IMG/VR virus record: IMGVR_UViG_3300036826_000378
Location: 1 to 58,061 of that record
Origin: a virus
Taxonomy: Duplodnaviria > Caudoviricetes
DNA length: 58,061 bases
Direction: 5' to 3' (one strand)
Notes under the pieces: model-generated
Told to the model about the DNA's origin: nothing
The model's database searches: none
What the model saw: the letters and a program-made list of their open reading frames with translations, nothing else
Shown: positions 8,650 to 17,520 of the stretch, piece after piece
How positions within the stretch are numbered: position 1 is the stretch's first letter
Layout: every line of letters starts with the position of its first letter
Position numbers and translations under genes: made by a program

Positions 8650-8994
8650 ATGGCCGTGGACTACGCCGCGTTGAGCTGGCGACAGACCAGCATGGAGCGC
8701 GCCAACGAGCACCTCGGCGAGCGGGTCAAGCTCTATTGAGCGGTCCTGATCAGCTTCGGTCTGAAGCTGCCGAAGGGCCACCTGCCCGTCTTCTCCGTCG
8801 CCGACGAGGAGGAAGCGCGGGTGTTGCTGACGCAAGCCTGTCCGCGTGTGGCCGAGGACACCTGGCTGGCCGAGGAGCTGGCCGAGGAGCTGGCCGAGGA
8901 GCAGACGTTGGACAACCTGTCCCGCCTCAGCCATCGGCTGGCGGTTCATCACGACTTGCTCAAGGAGAGCGGTCGGTGCCGGTGTACCACCTGA
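8650..8994 (+). pseudogene. hypothetical gene with in-frame TGA at 8737-8739
   Basis: SD GGAGGAG before ATG 8650; same frame continues past the TGA to a TGATG overlap at 8994. Confidence 0.6.
8866..8901 (+). repeat. tandem repeat CTGGCCGAGGAG x3 (LAEE x3)
   Basis: directly visible. Confidence 0.9.
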
Positions 8995-9197
8995 TGGGAA
9001 TGCGCTTTACCACCGACACCCACACCGGCAAGCGGTTCGGCTGGCACTTCAGCGCCAAGTACCGCGGGCTCTACGTGCCGGTTCTGGTCAACCGCGGTCC
9101 GCTGCACCCGAAGCGTACGCCGCGAAAGCTGCTAGAGGAGCTGAACCCGGGGGTGGACCTGGATGCCGTCCTCCAGCAAGACCCGAGCGAGGGTTGA
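8994..9197 (+). CDS. hypothetical protein (MGMRFTTD...)
   Basis: TGATG overlap; alternative GTG at 8976. Confidence 0.65.
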   Translation: MGMRFTTDTHTGKRFGWHFSAKYRGLYVPVLVNRGPLHPKRTPRKLLEELNPGVDLDAVLQQDPSEG

Positions 9198-9199
9198 GG

Positions 9200-9817
9200 A
9201 TGAGCCGAGGGCAGCGCGTCCCGCAACTCCCCGTTCCGGCGGAGGAGTTCAAGCTGACCGAGCAGCACATCGCTCTCCTGCGCCGGGCGCAGATCGGGTG
9301 GCGCGAGCCCACGATGGGCGCGTTCGGTCCCCTCGGCGTCGGCGGGCCAGCCGTCCATGGAGTTCGCCCCTACGGGGACAGCAACATCGGGCAGAGCATC
9401 GCTGACATCTGCGGTATCCCGTACGACCCGGACGTGCTTTACAGTCAGGGCCCCGAGAGCGACGCCCTGCGCGCCCGCCTCATGGCGCTCCATGAGGAGA
9501 CCAAGACGGCTCTCCAGATCGTCCTGGAGACGGGCACGTTCACCCCGGGCCACTACTTCCGGCAGCACTGCTGCCCGTGGGCAATGGTCCCCGTGCTGGA
9601 CGGCAACGCCGCCAGGATCTCCACCCGGCCGCTCACCCAGGAGATGGTCAGCCACCTCGTCAAGGTCGCTCACGCCGCGGTCACGATGGTCGGGTCCGGT
9701 TCCCAGCAGCAGGGCACGTACTTCACGTTGGATCGGCAGGAGGACGTCGAGACGGCTCTCGCCTACCTGCGCGAGCAGCGCATCCTGCACGGCTACGAGC
9801 TGGTGCCGAAGGGGTGA
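9200..9817 (+). CDS. hypothetical phage protein (..RPYGDSN.. motif)
   Basis: ATG 2 nt after upstream stop, high GC3. Confidence 0.75.
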   Translation: MSRGQRVPQLPVPAEEFKLTEQHIALLRRAQIGWREPTMGAFGPLGVGGPAVHGVRPYGDSNIGQSIADICGIPYDPDVLYSQGPESDALRARLMALHEETKTALQIVLETGTFTPGHYFRQHCCPWAMVPVLDGNAARISTRPLTQEMVSHLVKVAHAAVTMVGSGSQQQGTYFTLDRQEDVETALAYLREQRILHGYELVPKG

Positions 9818-10385
9818 GCCGGCGCCGCCCCGAGCCGCCCGTCCGGGAGACCGACTGCTGGCACCCGACGTCTCACCCGCACTGGGTGCGCATCGTGGCT
9901 GCTGGTGAGCCACGTCTCCTGGTCGTCTGCGGCTCCTGTGCACGACTCGCCAACCAGTTCGATCCGATCCCCTGTCGGGGCTGCGGTGGCTTCTCTCCGC
10001 GCATCGACGGAGAGTTCAACCACCCGCACGGCTACTACGGCAACGGCAGTCAGGTGGACGGCATGTGCACGAGCTGGTGTCACAAGTGCCTGGGGTCGCT
10101 GCCGATCCTGTGCAGCCAGTGCTTGGGCACCCCGCGCCAGGAGCACGTCTGCGGTGAGCCGACACGGCTCAGCGCCGGGGCCGGCGAGCGGCTCGCCTAC
10201 CGAGTGGCCTGGGCGGGCCTGGTCAAGGGGACCTCCTGGTACTCCGAGCGTCAGGAGTCCTGGTATGGGCTGCGCCACATGTTGGGCGCCTCCACGACGA
10301 GACCTTCGATCTCGTGTGGGTCGAGGGCGGCCGGCCGCGGTGGAGGCATCTGGGACCCAAGGGCTTCCAAGAGCTGTTGCCTTGA
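9814..10385 (+). pseudogene. multi-Cys Zn-binding protein, probable frameshift near 10284-10286
   Basis: CGSC, CRGC, CHKC, CSQC; high-GC3 frame RLHDETFDLVW...ELLP ends at 10385; span is 3n+2. Confidence 0.55.
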
Positions 10386-10414
10386 ACGGGGCACGCGGCT
10401 ACAATTAGAGCATG
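10377..10414 (+). promoter_or_regulatory. early promoter P5 (degenerate class I box)
   Basis: TTGCCT-17-TACAAT-6-ATGAAC; GGGGCACGCGGC. Confidence 0.8.
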
Positions 10415-10636
10415 AACGCTGCCACTGCCAACCGACTCGACCCGGACGCCGTTCTCCGCTACATGCGCTCCGTGGCCGCTGACCACGTGATTATCCATAC
10501 GGTCGATGCGACGCACCTGGCCGAGGATGCTTGTCAGCACTTCAACGCCTTCGGTCCGCCCGAGGAATACGAGGTGCCCGGGGAGTTCTTCGAGCTGGCC
10601 GCCCAGGTGGCCGATGAGTACGAGGCGAGGCAGTGA
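10412..10636 (+). CDS. small acidic protein, leaderless (MNAATANR...)
   Basis: starts at P5. Confidence 0.75.
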   Translation: MNAATANRLDPDAVLRYMRSVAADHVIIHTVDATHLAEDACQHFNAFGPPEEYEVPGEFFELAAQVADEYEARQ

Positions 10637-10894
10637 GCGCCCTGCCGGCCCGCTGGACCGTTCCTGCCATCACGCTCGGCGAGTCGCCCGAACACGAGTT
10701 GATGCGCGAGGATCTCTGCGCAGACGCCTGCCCGCGACTTCGGGGGTGGCCCGCACACGGAGCTGCCGCCGGCACGCTCTCTCTGGCCCTCCCTGGAGGC
10801 AGCAGAGGCGGCCATCGCGCCCACGCTCCAGCGCCTGGTGGGCACGGAAGCGGCCAAGCCCGAGCGGCTGATTCAGCGGAGCCTGTTCGATTGA
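10633..10894 (+). pseudogene. hypothetical protein ending QRSLFD, probable frameshift near 10712-10720
   Basis: after about codon 27 the coding-like frame switches; its TGA overlaps TTG of the next gene. Confidence 0.5.
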
Positions 10895-11154
10895 AGCTCA
10901 GCCGCAACCACCCACGGTGGAACGACCCGGACGTTCAGCGGCTGCGCTACGCCCTGACGATCGCCAACGAGACCCTCCACTGGGACAAGGTGAACGTCTG
11001 GATGGTCGGGCTCGTCAAACCGCCGAACCCCACTCACGTCCTGGCCGAACTCCAGGCCACGCTTGTGAGGTCCCAGGCGAATCGCGATCGGGTCCACCGC
11101 GAGCTGGTCGAGGCGCTCACTGGAATCCGGCAGCCGGATCTCCCCCTCGACTGA
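10891..11154 (+). CDS. hypothetical protein ending QPDLPLD
   Basis: TTGA overlap, GGAG upstream; corresponds to the C-half of ORF-track 10633-11154. Confidence 0.55.
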   Translation: MKLSRNHPRWNDPDVQRLRYALTIANETLHWDKVNVWMVGLVKPPNPTHVLAELQATLVRSQANRDRVHRELVEALTGIRQPDLPLD

Positions 11155-11160
11155 AAATGG

Positions 11161-11201
11161 TTGCGCACGACGTCAGCACTACCGTTACAATAGGCGGCAT
11201 G
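11161..11201 (+). promoter_or_regulatory. early promoter P6 (box class II)
   Basis: TTGCGC-19-TACAAT-7-ATGAAC; CAGCACTACCGT. Confidence 0.75.
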
Positions 11202-11247
11202 AACGCGGGGCCACAAGCCCCACCACCACCGCCAAAGGAGTACGGAA

Positions 11248-11412
11248 GTGAAGCAGACGCACTCGACGCAGATGACCGGCGAGCAGGTCGCGCGCATCCT
11301 CGACACCCGCGACCGGAAGCTGGCCCGCAAGGCGCGGACGATCCAGTTCAAGGCGATCCGCAAGGTCACAGGCCAGGCCGAGCTGCGGGCGGCCGAGGGC
11401 CGGTGGTCGTAA
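11248..11412 (+). CDS. 54-aa basic protein (MKQTHSTQMTGEQVARILD...)
   Basis: SD AAGGAG 7 nt before GTG; followed by a terminator; below ORF-track cutoff. Confidence 0.7.
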   Translation: MKQTHSTQMTGEQVARILDTRDRKLARKARTIQFKAIRKVTGQAELRAAEGRWS

Positions 11413-11439
11413 GGCACGACTTCTTCCCCTCCCTACTGG

Positions 11440-11475
11440 CGGCGGGCCCCTCGATGGGGCCCGCCGTTTTCGTTT
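11440..11475 (+). terminator. intrinsic terminator
   Basis: CGGCGGGCCCC/GGGGCCCGCCG stem plus TTTTCGTTT. Confidence 0.85.
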
Positions 11476-11500
11476 GCAGGCTGCACGCCCAAGGAGAGCG

Positions 11501-11941
11501 ATGAGCGAGACCCGAGACCCGGAGATCAGGCAGCTTGCGGTGGAGCTGCTGAAACACCGCGGCTTCGCGGCCGCCGACGCCAAGCTGCCCGTCTGGAGCC
11601 CGAGTTGGCCGAAGCTGGTCATCGAAGGCTGGGCGTGGGGCGATGGCGACGAGGGCCACGTGCTGCTCGAACTGCACGTCACAATCGACGGTCACCCGGT
11701 AGCCGTCCTTGGTGATGGGGAGCTGTGGTGGCGGGACAGCGCGACCGAGACGACCCTGGAGGCGTTCGACGTCTTCGATCAGTTCCCGACCCTCTCCGCC
11801 GACGAGACCATGAAGGTGGAGAACGCGCTGGACCTGCTGTACGAGCGCTTCGACGGCGCCATCAAGCGGGTGACGCGCGAGCTGATGGACGACGTCCGCG
11901 AGCTGGCCGTTCGATGGGTGGCCGACGCCATGCGCCAGTAG
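11501..11941 (+). CDS. hypothetical acidic protein
   Basis: SD AAGGAG, high GC3. Confidence 0.75.
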   Translation: MSETRDPEIRQLAVELLKHRGFAAADAKLPVWSPSWPKLVIEGWAWGDGDEGHVLLELHVTIDGHPVAVLGDGELWWRDSATETTLEAFDVFDQFPTLSADETMKVENALDLLYERFDGAIKRVTRELMDDVRELAVRWVADAMRQ

Positions 11942-11967
11942 GCGCATGCGCGTATAATGACCGTATG
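11930..11967 (+). promoter_or_regulatory. early promoter P7 (box class I)
   Basis: ATGCGC-17-TATAAT-6-ATGAAC; GGCGCATGCGCG. Confidence 0.8.
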
Positions 11968-12219
11968 AACCGCCATCGCATTGACGATCGCACGTTGACC
12001 GTGGAGCCGCTGACCCAGGAGCTGCGTGCCTATGGCTTGCGTGGCCGGCCGATTCCGAGCGGGACTCCGGCTCGCCACGCGGTGGTCCAGCGGAGCGGCC
12101 AAGGCCGAGTGCTCTCTATCCGAGGCATCTCGATCGAGGCCGCTGACGCCGTGATGACCGCACGGGTCTGCGCCTCGAACGACGAGGGGCGCTACGTGCG
12201 GTCGGAGAGCCGATCGTGA
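11965..12219 (+). CDS. hypothetical protein, leaderless (MNRHRID...)
   Basis: starts at P7; GTGA coupling to the ATPase. Confidence 0.7.
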   Translation: MNRHRIDDRTLTVEPLTQELRAYGLRGRPIPSGTPARHAVVQRSGQGRVLSIRGISIEAADAVMTARVCASNDEGRYVRSESRS

Positions 12220-13700
12220 CGACGAGCGCGAACTGGTTCGCCGTCGACAAGGACGGCCTGGCCAAGCTGCTGCGACGCCGGGGTCCCGGGTTCGCGGTCT
12301 TGGAGCTGCTCCAGAACTCCTGGGACGAGGACGGTGTCACCCGAGTCACCGTCACCCTGGAGCCGATCCTGGGGCGCAAGGGCGTGGCGCGTCTCGTTGT
12401 GGAAGACGACGCACCGGATGGCTTCGCTAACCTGACCCACGCCTACACGCTGTATGCCGAGAGCGCCAAGAAGGCGCAGCCGACGAAGCGCGGTCGCTTC
12501 AACCTCGGAGAGAAGCTGGTCATCGCGCTCTGCGAAGAGGTGACGATCACCAGCACGCGCGGCGGCGTCTCGTTCACCGATCTCGGTCGGGTCGCGACCC
12601 GCCGGAAGCGTGAGCGTGGCAGCCGATTCGAGGCGGTCATTCGCTTCACGCGCTTGGACGTCGAGCGAGCGACGACGGCGGTCTTCGCGGTCCTGCCGCC
12701 GCAGGGAATCGGGACGACCTTCAACGGCCGGCTCCTGGAGCCGCGGACGCCAGTGCTCGCCTTCGAGGCCACTCTGCCGACCGAGCTGGCGGACGAAGAG
12801 GGCTACCTGAAGTCCCGCACCCGGCCGACGACGATCGAGCTGTACGAGGTCCAGTCGGGTGAGGTCGCGACCCTGTACGAGATGGGCATCCCCGTCGTGG
12901 AGCTGCCCGGGGACCGCTGGCACGTCAACATCGACCAGAAGGTTCCGCTGAACGCCGACCGTGACAACGTGACTCCGGCGTACCTGCGCACCGTCAGGAC
13001 GTTCGTCGTGAACCACACGTACGAGCTGCTGACGCGCGAGGACGCCACTGCGACCTGGGCACGGGAGGCGACCGCGGACCCGCGCATCGAGCCGGCCGCG
13101 GTCGTTCATGCGTTGGACGTGATGTTCGGGAAGCGGCGAGTCAGTTTCGACCCGAACGACCTGGAGGCCAACCACCGTGCGGTCTCGGAGGGCTACACGA
13201 TCGTCCATGGCGGCAGCCTGAGCGGCGGACAGTGGGAGCAGGTGAAGCGGTCCGAGGCAATCCGGCCGGCGGGCCGCCTGTTTCCGACACCGCGCCCGGA
13301 GTCGTCACCAGACGGTGAACCGCCGGTGCCCGTGGAGGAGTGGACGCCGCGGATGCGCCTGATCGCCGAGTACGCGCAGATGGTCGGCGGCGTACTACTG
13401 GGCTTCACGCCGAGCGTCGAGTTCTACCGGACGGCGAACAGCGAGTTCTCCGCCTGGTACGGAAGTCGCACAATCGGCTTCTGCATGAAGCGGCTGCGGC
13501 ACTGGTTCGTTCGAGACGAGCTCCCCGACCAGGAAGAGGTAGACCGCCTGCTGATCCACGAGTACGGCCACGAGGGCGGCCCCAACCATCTGAGCCACGA
13601 GTACCACGAGAACCTGTGCCGGCTTGGGGCCCGGATGCGCCGAGTGCTTGCCACGCTGGAGAGCTGGGCGAGCTGGATACCCGAAGGAGAGGCTCGATGA
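12216..13700 (+). CDS. GHKL (HATPase_c) ATPase with C-terminal HExxH zincin-like domain
   Basis: ELLQNSWD (N-box), VEDDAPDG (G1-like), KRGRFNLGEK (G2-like), C-terminal LLIHEYGHE....H. Confidence 0.8.
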   Translation: MTTSANWFAVDKDGLAKLLRRRGPGFAVLELLQNSWDEDGVTRVTVTLEPILGRKGVARLVVEDDAPDGFANLTHAYTLYAESAKKAQPTKRGRFNLGEKLVIALCEEVTITSTRGGVSFTDLGRVATRRKRERGSRFEAVIRFTRLDVERATTAVFAVLPPQGIGTTFNGRLLEPRTPVLAFEATLPTELADEEGYLKSRTRPTTIELYEVQSGEVATLYEMGIPVVELPGDRWHVNIDQKVPLNADRDNVTPAYLRTVRTFVVNHTYELLTREDATATWAREATADPRIEPAAVVHALDVMFGKRRVSFDPNDLEANHRAVSEGYTIVHGGSLSGGQWEQVKRSEAIRPAGRLFPTPRPESSPDGEPPVPVEEWTPRMRLIAEYAQMVGGVLLGFTPSVEFYRTANSEFSAWYGSRTIGFCMKRLRHWFVRDELPDQEEVDRLLIHEYGHEGGPNHLSHEYHENLCRLGARMRRVLATLESWASWIPEGEAR

Positions 13701-13948
13701 GCGAGCGTAGAACCATTACCCGGATCCGACAACCGAACGACATCGGCATCCCCTACGCCGAGGTGGACGTGGACACGGGCGCCCAGGTGTGTCCCATCTG
13801 CGGGAGGCACCGCGGCGCCGCGTACGACCGCGACGGAGAGCAGATCGAGGGCACGTACGACGTGCACTACAGCCAAGAGCACACACGCACGCTGCCCGAC
13901 GGCCGCGTGGAGGAGGACTGGCCAGCGCCGGTCGGAAGGAGGAGATAG
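13697..13948 (+). CDS. small C2H2-like Zn-finger protein
   Basis: CPIC...HYSQEH; SD AAGGAG, ATGA overlap. Confidence 0.65.
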   Translation: MSERRTITRIRQPNDIGIPYAEVDVDTGAQVCPICGRHRGAAYDRDGEQIEGTYDVHYSQEHTRTLPDGRVEEDWPAPVGRRR

Positions 13949-13954
13949 AGCGCG

Positions 13955-14353
13955 ATGGGTACGACGTTCAACCAGGAGGGCCAGGTGGTCCACGGCGCGC
14001 AGATCAACATCGGCGTGCCCACGGTCTCGGCGGCAATGCCAACGGGCGCGGAGTGCGTCAACGTCGACCGGGCCCGCGGCCAGGTGGCGGTCGAGGTCTT
14101 CGCTCCCGAGTGCCGCGGCGACCGCGGCCTGAGCCCGATCACGGTCATCTTCGCCAATGGGGAGTTCGACCACATTCGTGTGTGTGACGACCTGGACGAC
14201 AGCGACGAGGCCGCGTCCGTGAAAGACTGGATCGAGGAGAACGGCGACGAGTGCTGGGCCTCGCTGGAGGACTATCGCCGGGGTCCGACCCTGTCCCTCC
14301 GCGCGCTGTGCGCCCTGGCCATCCAGATGAGCGCCGAGGGGGGAGCGCGATGA
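13955..14353 (+). CDS. hypothetical protein
   Basis: SD AGGAGG, high GC3. Confidence 0.7.
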   Translation: MGTTFNQEGQVVHGAQINIGVPTVSAAMPTGAECVNVDRARGQVAVEVFAPECRGDRGLSPITVIFANGEFDHIRVCDDLDDSDEAASVKDWIEENGDECWASLEDYRRGPTLSLRALCALAIQMSAEGGAR

Positions 14354-14901
14354 CGAGCAGCGCAGAGACTCCGGTGGCTGGCGAGTCGCTCGCCGATGCC
14401 TACCGGAACATCCATGGCTGGTTCGGCCTGACGTACGCCAACTACCTCGTGCTGGAGCGCTCGATCCTCCAGTCGATGCCCGACGAGTGGCAGCAGCGGT
14501 TCGTTGCCTGCCTGGCCGAACTCGACGGAGCGACCCGCGAGATGGAGCGAGCGCCGGGGTTCCGGGTGCACTCGGTGAACGAGCACGGACAGTACATGCA
14601 CGACCCGGTCCCTCCCTACGATCGCGGTCGGACTCGGGTCGAGCTGGCCAAGGTGCTGGTCGCGGGCCATCCGGCCGGCATCGGTGCCCTCGTGGAGGCC
14701 ACGCGGCGCTTCCATGACGAGCTGCTGGGCGACCAGGACGAGCTGCTCCTGGACGACGGTGGCGTGCGCGTCCCGCGTGAGGCGGTCGCGCGGGCGGTCC
14801 ACACCGCCGTGCAGGCCGGCCTGAGCGGTGCCAATCCGGCACTCGTGCTGGACGACCTCCTGGACGAGATCCGAGAGGAGGCGCTGGGGCTCCGGTTCTG
14901 A
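14350..14901 (+). CDS. hypothetical phage protein (WFGLTYANYLVL..S.LQSMP.EWQ..FV motif)
   Basis: ATGA overlap; motif resembles a recurrent phage hypothetical family. Confidence 0.75.
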   Translation: MTSSAETPVAGESLADAYRNIHGWFGLTYANYLVLERSILQSMPDEWQQRFVACLAELDGATREMERAPGFRVHSVNEHGQYMHDPVPPYDRGRTRVELAKVLVAGHPAGIGALVEATRRFHDELLGDQDELLLDDGGVRVPREAVARAVHTAVQAGLSGANPALVLDDLLDEIREEALGLRF

Positions 14902-14915
14902 CGTTTCACCCTCGT

Positions 14916-14954
14916 GGAGCGGCGGGGCAACGTGCCTCGCCGCTCCTTGCTTTT
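14916..14954 (+). terminator. intrinsic terminator overlapping the P8 -35
   Basis: GGAGCGGCGGGG/CCTCGCCGCTCC stem plus TTGCTTTT. Confidence 0.7.
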
Positions 14955-14984
14955 GCCGGCGTACGCGCCTACAATTGCCGTATG
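14947..14984 (+). promoter_or_regulatory. early promoter P8 (box class I)
   Basis: TTGCTT-17-TACAAT-6-ATGAAC; GGCGTACGCGCC. Confidence 0.85.
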
Positions 14985-15353
14985 AACTGCACCGCTCCGG
15001 GCCCGACCGCCACCATGATCGCGCTGACCGCGGACGAGATTCGCGAGCTGGCGCGCACATACAACGCCGAGTACCCCCAGGCGATGCCGTTGATCGACAG
15101 CGGTGAGCCGGAGCTGCTGGTCACCGTGCTCGCGGCCGACCGGATGGAGCGCACCTTCCGCGTGGTCGTGGATGCCGGCGTGCGGGCGTGCGACGAGGGC
15201 CGCGAGGTCTGGATCGGCTCGATGGATCCGGTGGTCGTCGTGAGCGGCCGCCGACCGCGCTGGGGCAACGTGTCCTGGCTCGTGAACGCCCAGCGCCTGT
15301 ACGGCTGGAGCGTCCGTGGCGCCCTGGTTCCGGTTCGGTGGGTGCACCGGTGA
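14982..15353 (+). CDS. hypothetical protein, leaderless (MNCTAP...)
   Basis: starts at P8. Confidence 0.75.
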   Translation: MNCTAPGPTATMIALTADEIRELARTYNAEYPQAMPLIDSGEPELLVTVLAADRMERTFRVVVDAGVRACDEGREVWIGSMDPVVVVSGRRPRWGNVSWLVNAQRLYGWSVRGALVPVRWVHR

Positions 15354-15793
15354 GCGACATCAACACCTGTCCCCGGCATGGCGCCTGTGGCGAGACGTGC
15401 GCTGCGTGCGAGGCTCGCCCCACAGGCCAGGGCCCGAACCCGCAGGAAGTCGAAGAGGCGCTGAAGCAGCTCCGGCGCGAGCTGACCAACCCCGCCTTCG
15501 CGAACGTCCTGGAGGGTGTCGTGCGGCCGCCGCGCAAGCACCGGCCCGGCTATCGGCCGCGGCCAGAGCACGCCGGCCTGCGCTCCTGGGCTCGTGCGCA
15601 GAGCACGGGCACGTACGTCGGCATCTACGACGGCATCGAGGCCGGACTGGACACGGCGGCTGGCCGGTGGCAGACCATCTGCGACGACCACGGGCGGATC
15701 ATCAGCCACCGCACGCTGGAGCTGGCCCGCCGGCACGCCCCCTGCCCCGAGGAGTGGTGCGAGGTGTGCTCGGGCGAGGAGAAGCCCCGGTGA
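15350..15793 (+). CDS. Cys/His-rich hypothetical protein
   Basis: GTGA overlaps; WQTICDDHG and EEWCEVC. Confidence 0.7.
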   Translation: MSDINTCPRHGACGETCAACEARPTGQGPNPQEVEEALKQLRRELTNPAFANVLEGVVRPPRKHRPGYRPRPEHAGLRSWARAQSTGTYVGIYDGIEAGLDTAAGRWQTICDDHGRIISHRTLELARRHAPCPEEWCEVCSGEEKPR

Positions 15794-16080
15794 CTGAGTG
15801 GGAATGGACACCTGAGCAGAGGCGTGCGCTCGCCCAGCTTGGCCGCGCCTTCGCGGCGGCGCAGAAGGCGGGCTTGGCCATCTGTGGCATGGATCGCGAG
15901 CTGATCGCGTACAAGGCCCGCGAACTTGACGCCGCTGAGCGTCAGGCGCGACGGGATGGCATGGAGAAGTACGGCGTGCCGGGGGGTCTGTACGACGCTC
16001 AGGCTGAGCTGAACAACGTCCGTGGCCACAGCGACACCATCAATCACCACGGGGTTTACCGTGACTCGGGCGGTTGGTGA
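15790..16080 (+). CDS. hypothetical protein
   Basis: GTGA overlap, SD GAGGAG. Confidence 0.7.
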   Translation: MTEWEWTPEQRRALAQLGRAFAAAQKAGLAICGMDRELIAYKARELDAAERQARRDGMEKYGVPGGLYDAQAELNNVRGHSDTINHHGVYRDSGGW

Positions 16081-16085
16081 CGACC

Positions 16086-16123
16086 TTGACTCCAGTGGCG
16101 CACGCGCCTACAATTGGAGCATG
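16086..16123 (+). promoter_or_regulatory. early promoter P9 (box class I)
   Basis: TTGACT-17-TACAAT-6-ATGAAC; palindromic GGCGC-AC-GCGCC. Confidence 0.9.
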
Positions 16124-16786
16124 AACGCCACCGTCTTCGGTACACGCGAATCGCTGGGCCCGTATGGCTTCCCGCGCATGGTGGAAGTCGTGCCCGAGGG
16201 CAAGCTGGGAGCGGCGGAGGTCGAGCACTTTGAGGTCTCCGAGAGCGCCGCTCGCTTCACTGCCCTGAAGGGCGGTCGGAACTATGTACAGGACGGCAGG
16301 TACGCGAAGCTGCGCGTTGGCGGCGAACTCGTGATGAGCGACACTCGTTACGAACGGCTGTCGAACAGCGCAGTCGTCTACGCCGCCCACGGCCAGGCGC
16401 TGATCGCCGGCCTCGGGCTCGGCATGATCCTCCACGCCATCCTGGCGAAGGAGGCTGTCGAGCACGTCACGGTCGTCGAGCAGAGCCAGGACGTCATCGA
16501 CCTGATCGGCCCGACGCTCGCGCAGCACGCTGGCCGGCTGACGGTCACGCAGGGCGACATCTTCGAATGGAGGCCGGAGCGCGGCACGAAGTACGACTGC
16601 ATCTACTTCGACATCTGGGCCGAGATCAGCACCGATGCGCTGCCGGAGATGGCGAAGCTGCATCAGGCGTTCAAGGGCTTCAAGGCGCCTGGTGCCTGGA
16701 TGCAGAGCTGGGAGCGCGAGTCGCTCAAGGCGGACAAGCGTCGCGAGGAGCGCGAGCGCCGGCCGTTTGCAGGCTACCGGTGGTGA
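16121..16786 (+). CDS. spermidine-synthase-like class I SAM-binding protein
   Basis: VMSDT..E, ALIAGLGLG, VVEQSQDVI, GDIF, YDCIYFDIW. Confidence 0.8.
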   Translation: MNATVFGTRESLGPYGFPRMVEVVPEGKLGAAEVEHFEVSESAARFTALKGGRNYVQDGRYAKLRVGGELVMSDTRYERLSNSAVVYAAHGQALIAGLGLGMILHAILAKEAVEHVTVVEQSQDVIDLIGPTLAQHAGRLTVTQGDIFEWRPERGTKYDCIYFDIWAEISTDALPEMAKLHQAFKGFKAPGAWMQSWERESLKADKRREERERRPFAGYRW

Positions 16787-16800
16787 GGGAGGAGTAGTCA

Positions 16801-17037
16801 GTGGCCATCAAGTTCGAGGGAGTCAAGGCGGGCGACACGCTGTATGCCGTCTACCGCCAGAAGATGGGCTATACGACCATGAGCCGGACGGTCAGCATGC
16901 CCGTACGCGTCCTGGAGGTCGACTACGAGCGGGGCCAGGCGCTGCTCAGCCGCAACGGGAACCCGGCGCGATGGACAAGTCGGAGCCAGGTCGAGAAGCT
17001 GCGCCGCTCGCCGTACAAGCCGAAGGGCCGATCGTGA
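16801..17037 (+). CDS. small basic SH3/KOW-like protein
   Basis: SD GGAGGAG; VKAGDTLY pattern. Confidence 0.7.
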   Translation: MAIKFEGVKAGDTLYAVYRQKMGYTTMSRTVSMPVRVLEVDYERGQALLSRNGNPARWTSRSQVEKLRRSPYKPKGRS

Positions 17038-17306
17038 GCACCGAGAACACGGTCCCCGCTCGCTTCCTGTTCCCGGTGGACGAGACGGGACGGTACGCGC
17101 GCAAGGTGGTGGTGGTCGCCCAGGTCGAACGCGTGGTTACCTTCATCGTTCCCCCCGACCGAACGACTTCGGAGCAGGAGCGCATCGAGGCCCTGGCTCT
17201 GGCGCACGTGCACGAGGACATCGCGAGCGAGCTGCCGCCGGATTGGGTCGTTGTGCCAAGCGCCTACGGCCGGGTCGAGACGGTGCGGCCCGAGGCCGTT
17301 CGCTGA
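17034..17306 (+). CDS. hypothetical protein
   Basis: GTGA overlap. Confidence 0.65.
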   Translation: MSTENTVPARFLFPVDETGRYARKVVVVAQVERVVTFIVPPDRTTSEQERIEALALAHVHEDIASELPPDWVVVPSAYGRVETVRPEAVR

Positions 17307-17307
17307 G

Positions 17308-17520
17308 ATGGACGATCAGCAGCTTCAGGCCGAGCTGGCGCGCCGCTACGAGGCGTTGATGCAGGAGCTACCGCCAGAGGCCATCGAGGCGTTCGAGAAG
17401 GAATACTGGCCCGAGCATGACCTTCCGGGCAACACGTTGAACGGCTTCGTCCACTTCGTCGCGTCGTGGGCGTTCGTGGCGGGCTGGAAGGCTCATCGTG
17501 ACCACGAGAAGAGGGCCTGA
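17308..17520 (+). CDS. hypothetical protein
   Basis: ATG 1 nt after upstream stop; TGATG overlap downstream. Confidence 0.7.
   Translation: MDDQQLQAELARRYEALMQELPPEAIEAFEKEYWPEHDLPGNTLNGFVHFVASWAFVAGWKAHRDHEKRA

Noticed and set aside
8737-8739. Alternative genetic code or selenocysteine
   Set aside because: TGA terminates most genes here in ATGA/TGATG overlaps; single instance with no redox motif
14925-14930. GGCAA as a late-promoter motif copy
   Set aside because: It lies in the stem-loop of a terminator and has no start codon at the expected distance
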